A stretch of DNA of 64,000 nucleotides, from NCBI GenBank assembly GCA_039889305.1, contig JAVVFV010000004.1, positions 29,206 to 93,205 on the forward strand, read 5' to 3'. This DNA comes from Candidatus Zestomicrobium tamdykulense. Lineage in GTDB: Archaea > Thermoproteota > Thermoprotei_A > Sulfolobales > NBVN01. The position numbers and the translations under genes were made by a program. Below, one piece after another: positions 58,355 through 64,000 of this stretch. The notes under the pieces were generated by a model. It did not search any database, was not told where the DNA came from, and saw only the letters and a list, made by a program, of their open reading frames with translations. Every line of letters starts with the position of its first letter. Within the stretch, counting starts at the first letter, position 1.

Positions 58355-58830
58355 TGTCGATGGTTACCTCAACATTCATTAAGGCATTCAAATACGTACT
58401 CAAAAAGCCTTACACGAGGCTAGTGCCAGCAAGTGACCGACCCTATAAATCGGACGTCTTAAGAGGTACTCACGTGCTTGATATGAGTAAATGTACTGGA
58501 TGCTCTATGTGTCAGCAGGTATGTCCTGCAGCATGTATAGATATGGTGGTCGTTGAGGGTAGTTACCATCAGAATCCGAGATCCAGGTTCCCGCGAATAG
58601 ACCACGGCAAATGTACTTTCTGTGCGTTATGTGTTGAGTACTGCCCATTCAACGCGCTCTCGATGACGGATGCGACAGGGTTTGAGCTCTTCACGATAGA
58701 TAAATCCACTACGTTTAAGGAACCAAGAAAATTAACAGAGTACTCAAACAAGATCACAGTTACTAAAGAGCTCTTTAAGGGGGCATATCAAACTATGAAG
58801 GTTGAGAAAACAGAGCAAGCAAGACAGTGA
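58351..58830 (+). CDS. mbsN: 2x[4Fe-4S] NuoI-like subunit
   Basis: CTGCSMCQQVCP and CTFCALCVEYCP. Confidence 0.9.
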   Translation: MMSMVTSTFIKAFKYVLKKPYTRLVPASDRPYKSDVLRGTHVLDMSKCTGCSMCQQVCPAACIDMVVVEGSYHQNPRSRFPRIDHGKCTFCALCVEYCPFNALSMTDATGFELFTIDKSTTFKEPRKLTEYSNKITVTKELFKGAYQTMKVEKTEQARQ

Positions 58831-58837
58831 GGTGATC

Positions 58838-59107
58838 ATGATGATTTTAGAGTTTGAGGCGTATCTCATGATTCCCTTCATCATCGCTATGATAATTTAC
58901 TCAGTAAGAGCGTTCACGTCAAAAAACCTAGCAGATATGGTGCTCGCCATCGACGCGCTCACGGTAGACCTTGTAGTTATTCTTGTGCTAATAGCTCTTT
59001 ACTATAGATCTCCTTACCTACTTATAGGGGCGGTTCCTCTTTCCGCATGGATATTCATACTAGATCTAGCTGTAGCGAAATATTTGCACAGGGGTGGTAA
59101 AACTTGA
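58838..59107 (+). CDS. mbsB: MrpF-like subunit
   Basis: ADMVLAIDAL; ATG after GAGGTGA. Confidence 0.82.
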   Translation: MMILEFEAYLMIPFIIAMIIYSVRAFTSKNLADMVLAIDALTVDLVVILVLIALYYRSPYLLIGAVPLSAWIFILDLAVAKYLHRGGKT

Positions 59108-59475
59108 TAGAGGTTATCCTATTTTACATAGGTTTGGTGTTGACAGTCATAGGTGGGGTGCTTGACGTGCTTGCATCGATAGGTTTCTTCCGGTTTAAGG
59201 ACTTCTATGTGAGATTACATGCAGCCACTATTGGTGCGATTGGTGGTGGATTCTATCCACTGATTGGGTTGGCACTAATCTCACTAGGTTTGGATTTAGA
59301 TTTTCAGATGAAAACAGCATTCTTTGGTGTATGTGTCATATCAGCTGTCTTAATAGCGTGGGGGGTTCCAGCTGGTACTCACATATTAGCTAGAGCTGCT
59401 TACAGATCTCGAGAGGCGATTCCACAAGTCATAGAAGATAAGCTTAAGAAATACTTGGAGGGTGAGAAGAAATGA
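59104..59475 (+). CDS. mbsC: MrpG-like subunit
   Basis: RFKDFYVRLHAAT and THILARA. Confidence 0.87.
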   Translation: MIEVILFYIGLVLTVIGGVLDVLASIGFFRFKDFYVRLHAATIGAIGGGFYPLIGLALISLGLDLDFQMKTAFFGVCVISAVLIAWGVPAGTHILARAAYRSREAIPQVIEDKLKKYLEGEKK

Positions 59476-59723
59476 TTCCCTTAGTCTTGGCGTCCATCGC
59501 ATCAACTCTCGCATTGATAGCTGCTGTCATAACTCTCTATACGAAGGATGTCGCTAAAGCTGTTGTTGTAGCTGGTATTGAGTCGGTTTTTTACGCGGTC
59601 GTGCTCTCGGTCTTCCTAGCTCCGGATCTCCTCATAGCATATATAGCGATAGGGTTAGGCGCAAACACAGTCATCCTGCTTTATGTGCTTTCCAAGGGTG
59701 AGAGATATGAGGAAAATATTTGA
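59472..59723 (+). CDS. mbsD: MbhD/DUF4040-like subunit
   Basis: FLAPDLLIAY, three TM helices. Confidence 0.8.
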   Translation: MIPLVLASIASTLALIAAVITLYTKDVAKAVVVAGIESVFYAVVLSVFLAPDLLIAYIAIGLGANTVILLYVLSKGERYEENI

Positions 59724-60492
59724 GGCCGTTACGTTTCTGATCATCGGAGTCGGGATATTCGCTCTAATCTACTATTCCGGGATCTTACTCACTACGAAAG
59801 GACTAAATACCTTAGCTGAAGCATATCTGAACTTCATACCCAACGTAAGTAATCAATATACTTCATGGAGTTACGAGGTAGTGACTTCAGTTATATGGGA
59901 TCACAGAGGTTTCGACACCTACTTCGAGACATCAGTACTTTTCCTAGCCATAGTAGCAGCAGTAGGACTACTTGAAGGTGTTAGGAAGTATTTAGATATC
60001 GAAGGCACCACCATAATTACTAAGCTAGTCTCAAAGCTCCTGGCACCAGTGATTGTAGTGATAAGTGTCTCAATAGCTCTTCACGGACATATATCTCCTG
60101 GTGGCGGATTTCAGGGTGGTGCTTTATTCGTTATAGCTCCGCTTTTGTTGATGTTAGCATTCAATGCTAGTAAGATCTCAGAGAAAGGATTCGAACAAAA
60201 TAAGCTTATACTGATGAGAGCGCTAGCCGTAACCTTTATAGCGGTAGTTGGACTAACACCTCTAATATATTCACTAGTAAGTGGCGCAAACGCCTACTTA
60301 TTTCAGAATATACGTAAGCCAGATTCCACGTTCTCATACTCCCCAATTCTAGAGGTAGGGAACATAAGAGTCCTGCTCTCCGGCAACCTCATAATTTTCA
60401 ACTTACTAGAATACGTAGCAGTCTTGACTGGTTTTACGGTAGCTCTCTTCTTACTAACTATAGAGTTTGAAGGAGGTGGAGAAAATGATTGA
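59707..60492 (+). CDS. mbsE: MrpB-like subunit (E+F fused)
   Basis: WDHRGFDTYFE and GHISPGGGFQGG. Confidence 0.87.
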   Translation: MRKIFEAVTFLIIGVGIFALIYYSGILLTTKGLNTLAEAYLNFIPNVSNQYTSWSYEVVTSVIWDHRGFDTYFETSVLFLAIVAAVGLLEGVRKYLDIEGTTIITKLVSKLLAPVIVVISVSIALHGHISPGGGFQGGALFVIAPLLLMLAFNASKISEKGFEQNKLILMRALAVTFIAVVGLTPLIYSLVSGANAYLFQNIRKPDSTFSYSPILEVGNIRVLLSGNLIIFNLLEYVAVLTGFTVALFLLTIEFEGGGEND

Positions 60493-60892
60493 GGAGGTAT
60501 TGTTCTACTACATAGGCCTTATAGTATCTCTAACAATCGCTCTAGCGATTTATGGAGTAGCAACAAGACCGCACATAGTGAAAAAGATGGCGCTCTTTAC
60601 GATACTTGGTGACGCCATATATGTGCTACTTGTCTACTTAGGGTATAGGCTGGGTTCTAGGATGCCTCCAGTGTATCCAGGTGGCACTCTAGAAAACCCT
60701 GTTTTTCCTTCAAGCAATAATATACGTTCTTTCATCTCGTTAAGTGTTGATCCAGTTCCTCAAGTACTGATAGTTACCGCGATAGTAATAGGGCTTGCTA
60801 CATTCATTATGATGGCTATCATAGCTATTAAGATTGCTGAGGAAAAAGGAACTCTTAACCTAAGGAAGATTGAGTTAGGTGAGAGTGAATGA
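60485..60892 (+). CDS. mbsG: MrpC-like subunit
   Basis: DPVPQVLIVTAIVIG. Confidence 0.88.
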   Translation: MIEEVLFYYIGLIVSLTIALAIYGVATRPHIVKKMALFTILGDAIYVLLVYLGYRLGSRMPPVYPGGTLENPVFPSSNNIRSFISLSVDPVPQVLIVTAIVIGLATFIMMAIIAIKIAEEKGTLNLRKIELGESE

Positions 60893-61392
60893 AGCTACTT
60901 TCGGCATTGGTTTACGCGATAGTGTTGTCAATCATATATTTAATTTACACAGGCGTGTTCAACACCGTCGAGGTACTTATAGCAGTTCTTGTAGGAGTGG
61001 TTGTAGCATACATTCTAGCTGACGATATAGTTAAGGACGTCTCCAAGTTGTCTGTTGTTAGGTTCCTGAAGGCGGTCTGGTACTTACTGAAGTACTTCAC
61101 GGTAATTGAGGCAGGAGCACATTGGAGTGTGGTGAAGCTCATCATTAATCCGCGGGCTAGGTATAGCCCAGCAATAGTAAGTGTTCCCTACAACCTCGAG
61201 AATGAGTACTCAGTAGTGTCCGTAGCTAACTCCATTACAAATACTCCTGGAACTGCTGTCATAGATATAGATGAGAAGAGAAAGCTCTACTTCGTTCACT
61301 GGATCGATGCGCCTGCTACGGATGAGGAAACCGCGAGAAACCTCATATCCTCTAAATTCGAAGAATATATTAAGAGTATATTCGAGAGGTGA
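60889..61392 (+). CDS. mbsA: MrpE-like subunit
   Basis: YSPAIV and ANSITNTPGT. Confidence 0.88.
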   Translation: MKLLSALVYAIVLSIIYLIYTGVFNTVEVLIAVLVGVVVAYILADDIVKDVSKLSVVRFLKAVWYLLKYFTVIEAGAHWSVVKLIINPRARYSPAIVSVPYNLENEYSVVSVANSITNTPGTAVIDIDEKRKLYFVHWIDAPATDEETARNLISSKFEEYIKSIFER

Positions 61393-61736
61393 TAGACGTG
61401 GACGTGTTCGAGTTCATAGCCACGTACGTCGTGCTTGGCTCATTAGTTGGTGTAATGGTTTATTTGGTCTTCTATTATTTATTCCAAAAATTCATTGCAT
61501 CAGCAACGCCGGAGGAAAGGAACACCGTGTCGGACCTGCCTGTAATGGGTGGCTTTATATATGATGAATTACCTACTCAGTCCGTTACTCAGATGTTAAG
61601 AGATATCTTCAGGAGAGCGTTGGGACCGAGTAGGTTGCGTGAAGTAATAAGGCTCTATAAGTTCGTTGATATGTGGTATATCCTAGCACTATTCGTGCTT
61701 TTACTCATGATAGCGATTTTCTTGTTGATTAGGTGA
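61389..61736 (+). CDS. MbhI-like small membrane subunit
   Basis: TM helix, LPVMGG, amphipathic helix, second TM helix; same position (before the NuoH-like gene), size and topology as 20376-20732. Confidence 0.6.
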   Translation: MIDVDVFEFIATYVVLGSLVGVMVYLVFYYLFQKFIASATPEERNTVSDLPVMGGFIYDELPTQSVTQMLRDIFRRALGPSRLREVIRLYKFVDMWYILALFVLLLMIAIFLLIR

Positions 61737-62716
61737 TGAATATGGAGTTCTTGCACCTAATCCTACAAGCTCTGGTGTATCCAGGTCTCCTCTTCACGAT
61801 ACTCTTTATAATCTTTACGCAGTGGGTTAACAGAAAGCTTACTGCTAGGTTGCAGTTCAGGAGAGGACCAATACACGCTGGTCCTGCAGGATTACTACAG
61901 CCGTTAGCCGATCTACTAAAGCTCGTCGCGAAGAAAGACCTAATTAATAAGTACTCAATGAAGCTAAGTCCAGTAATCTTCGTAAGCCTCGCCATAGGGT
62001 TTATTATCGTAGTGCAGCTAGCTTTACCAGTCGCGTACGCACCTATTAGTGCTCCGTACGACCTAATAGTACTGCTCTACTTCATGTTGATCGCGCCTCT
62101 AGCTATCGCTTACTTAGCAGTATCTCACCCTAACCCATATACTACTATTGGGGCTGCAAGATACCTCGCATTACTAATAGTATCTGAGCCTGTGTTTGCT
62201 ATCACTCTCTTAGTGCCTTTCTTCTTAACGTCTAGACTGAATATACCGGCTTTTTCAATGTACTGGACGATACTTCATTCCAGCATGGCTTGGACTATAG
62301 ATCCGCTGGGAGCGCTCTCCATGGCACTAGCCACTATAGCAGCGTTTATATCGATGTTGGCAGTCTTATTTGTTAAGCCGTTTGACGCACCGGAAGCAGA
62401 ATCCGAGATATATTGGGGGGTATTCACGGAAGTCGGTGGACCTAGACTCGCGCTAGGGTTCTTCCTAAAATTTGCTGAGAGAGTGGTTTATCCGTTAATA
62501 TTTGCCGGGCTCTTCCTGGGAGGTACGTGGCCCTTCATGAATGCAGGCTGGGCATTACAGGTGCTCGTCATGTACTTTAAGGCCCTCATAGTATTTGTTG
62601 TGGTAACTATTATAGATGCTGTATTACCGAGATATAGACCAGATCAGGCAGTTGCATTCATACTAAAGTATGTGTACCCAATCGCCATAATAGCACTAGC
62701 GTTAACCCTCATTTAG
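61733..62716 (+). CDS. mbsM: NuoH-like membrane anchor
   Basis: QFRRGP, GLLQPLADLLKL, PFDAPEAESE and PRYRPDQ. Confidence 0.9.
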   Translation: MMNMEFLHLILQALVYPGLLFTILFIIFTQWVNRKLTARLQFRRGPIHAGPAGLLQPLADLLKLVAKKDLINKYSMKLSPVIFVSLAIGFIIVVQLALPVAYAPISAPYDLIVLLYFMLIAPLAIAYLAVSHPNPYTTIGAARYLALLIVSEPVFAITLLVPFFLTSRLNIPAFSMYWTILHSSMAWTIDPLGALSMALATIAAFISMLAVLFVKPFDAPEAESEIYWGVFTEVGGPRLALGFFLKFAERVVYPLIFAGLFLGGTWPFMNAGWALQVLVMYFKALIVFVVVTIIDAVLPRYRPDQAVAFILKYVYPIAIIALALTLI

Positions 62717-62834
62717 AACTCAATACCTCGTAGCGTGTTGTCCTAGTCTTCAACTGTTTCAGGAGTTATTTACTTACTCTAGCTTAGCGTTTCCCACCAT
62801 TAATTATTCATAGTTTCATCAAAGTGTTTAATTC

Positions 62835-63266
62835 TTACTCCAAGGTTTTCGCTACTTGATATGTTCCGTCTCTGAAAATAGTTATTTTTATTGGCTTGAT
62901 TACTCTAGTTCCTTCGATGTTTTCTGGAGCGTTGATTCTTATGTAGTCATATATTGTGGTGAAGTTTCCTCTAAGCTTTACTTTTTTCTCGTCGGCTAGC
63001 TGGATTAATTTTTGAGGTATTGTGACCAGGTGTGTTCCTGGTTCTATAATTATTTCTCCAGCCTTGATTAAGTCTTTGTAGATCTTTAGTGTTTCCTCAG
63101 CTAGTCTTACTTTTCTTAGAGCGCTTTTCTCTATGACTGAGACATTCTCTCTAGTTGTTCCTATGATTTCAGCTACTTCTTTCTGTGTTTTTCCTTCAGT
63201 TCTTAGCTTGAGTACCTTGTACTGCTTTTCTGTAAATAATCCATACTTTCTTTCCTTACTTCCCGT
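62835..63266 (-). CDS. tfx: Tfx-family DNA-binding protein lacking a canonical start codon (not in ORF track)
   Basis: Manual translation: TGSKERKYGLFTEKQYKVLKLRTEGKTQKEVAEIIGTTRENVSVIEKSALRKVRLAEET...EPGTHLVTIP...RDGT..., stop at 62835-62837. Frame open to 63290; the only in-frame ATG/GTG/TTG is a TTG two codons before the stop. Confidence 0.8.
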   Translation of the reverse strand, partial: TGSKERKYGLFTEKQYKVLKLRTEGKTQKEVAEIIGTTRENVSVIEKSALRKVRLAEETLKIYKDLIKAGEIIIEPGTHLVTIPQKLIQLADEKKVKLRGNFTTIYDYIRINAPENIEGTRVIKPIKITIFRDGTYQVAKTLE

Positions 63267-63330
63267 CTTGACCGCCCAATATACTACTCTTTATTAACGC
63301 TTAATAATAGAATTCTTATATATTTCTTTA

Positions 63331-63969
63331 GTGATCATGATGTCGTATCTGGTCTACCGAAACAGGAGCTTCTACTTTAGAGTGAAGAGTGAAGTTCTTG
63401 ATTTTCTTATTTCTTGGGTTGTCTTGAGTTTCTCTTTTGCTTTATTCATGCGTTCAGGTCTTGATAAATTACTTCTGAGTCTCGCGTATTCTTCGGTGGG
63501 TGTTGGGTCTGCCTTCATACTTCATGAATTAGCTCACAGGCAGGTTGCTAGGGCTTACGGTCTTGAAGCTAGGTATAGAGCGTGGTATTTAGGATTACTC
63601 ATAACTCTGGCAGTAGCTTTAATTAATGCGGCTGTCAGGTTGCCGGTATTGTTTGCTGCTCCAGGAGCTGTAGTGATTTACAGGTATTGGGGTCGTGTAG
63701 ACTCTGTTGCTGAGTTAAGGGTAGCGGAATCAGGTCCTCTAACCAACATAGCTGTAGGGATTGCTGCGTGGATCGCTTTCCTAGCTATGTCACCAACACT
63801 AGTGTTTACTGAAGTACTATATTATATTATGAGAATTAATGTCTGGATAGCATTCTTTAATCTCTTACCTATACCCCCACTAGATGGCTCAAAAATAATT
63901 AGGAGATCCCTCATAGAGTGGGTAATTATATTCATAATAAGCGTAGTTACGCTGAAATTACTGACTTAA
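63331..63969 (+). CDS. Site-2 protease (peptidase M50)
   Basis: HELAH, AESGPLTN and FNLLPIPPLDG. Confidence 0.92.
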   Translation: MIMMSYLVYRNRSFYFRVKSEVLDFLISWVVLSFSFALFMRSGLDKLLLSLAYSSVGVGSAFILHELAHRQVARAYGLEARYRAWYLGLLITLAVALINAAVRLPVLFAAPGAVVIYRYWGRVDSVAELRVAESGPLTNIAVGIAAWIAFLAMSPTLVFTEVLYYIMRINVWIAFFNLLPIPPLDGSKIIRRSLIEWVIIFIISVVTLKLLT

Positions 63970-64000
63970 TTCCGCAAATCTTAAACTACGTAATTACGTG

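Noticed and set aside
32-61995. Many short track ORFs antisense to or nested in real genes (e.g. 32-253, 1971-2207, 2277-2699, 3191-3553, 5760-6071, 22311-22622, 31972-32229, 36973-37347, 47173-47571, 55726-56160)
   Set aside because: Shadow frames of well-supported genes or of a tRNA; Ser/Leu-rich with no motifs.
1-64000. CRISPR array, rRNA, transposase or integrase
   Set aside because: No regularly spaced direct repeats, no long GC-rich structural RNA other than two tRNAs, and no recombinase or transposase motifs seen.
1-64000. Apparent abundance of CTAG and AGCT tetramers
   Set aside because: Impression only and not counted; may follow from Leu/Ala/Ser codon usage. Needs a Markov-corrected k-mer count.

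Overview
64 kb of AT-rich, gene-dense chromosome from a thermophilic crenarchaeon, most likely Desulfurococcales. This is inferred from a CdvB1/B2-type ESCRT-III gene, tetraether synthase, DUF2208 and GGTGA/GGAGG ribosome-binding sites. The window is dominated by two Complex I-related, Mrp-linked respiratory operons with almost identical gene order. One is a group 4 [NiFe]-hydrogenase (MBH, 13.6-21.7 kb) flanked by hypF and a maturation protease. The other is a non-hydrogenase MBS/MBX-type complex (54.7-62.7 kb) with a fused J-K subunit and, unusually, an MBH-style membrane arm (one antiporter subunit plus an MbhI-like protein). Also present: a MoxR AAA+/VWA pair with an intein in the P-loop, pyrK-pyrD, pyrH, thiL, tes and GGR, DTD2, three ABC systems, tRNA-Pro(CGG) and an intron-containing tRNA-Leu(CAA). 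Two real genes are missing from the ORF track (cdvB at the left edge, a tfx-like gene at 62.8-63.3 kb). Two genes (pyrD, tfx) appear to lack a canonical start codon at the expected position. No CRISPR array, rRNA, integrase or transposase was seen. Family assignments come from motif recognition only; no searches were run.
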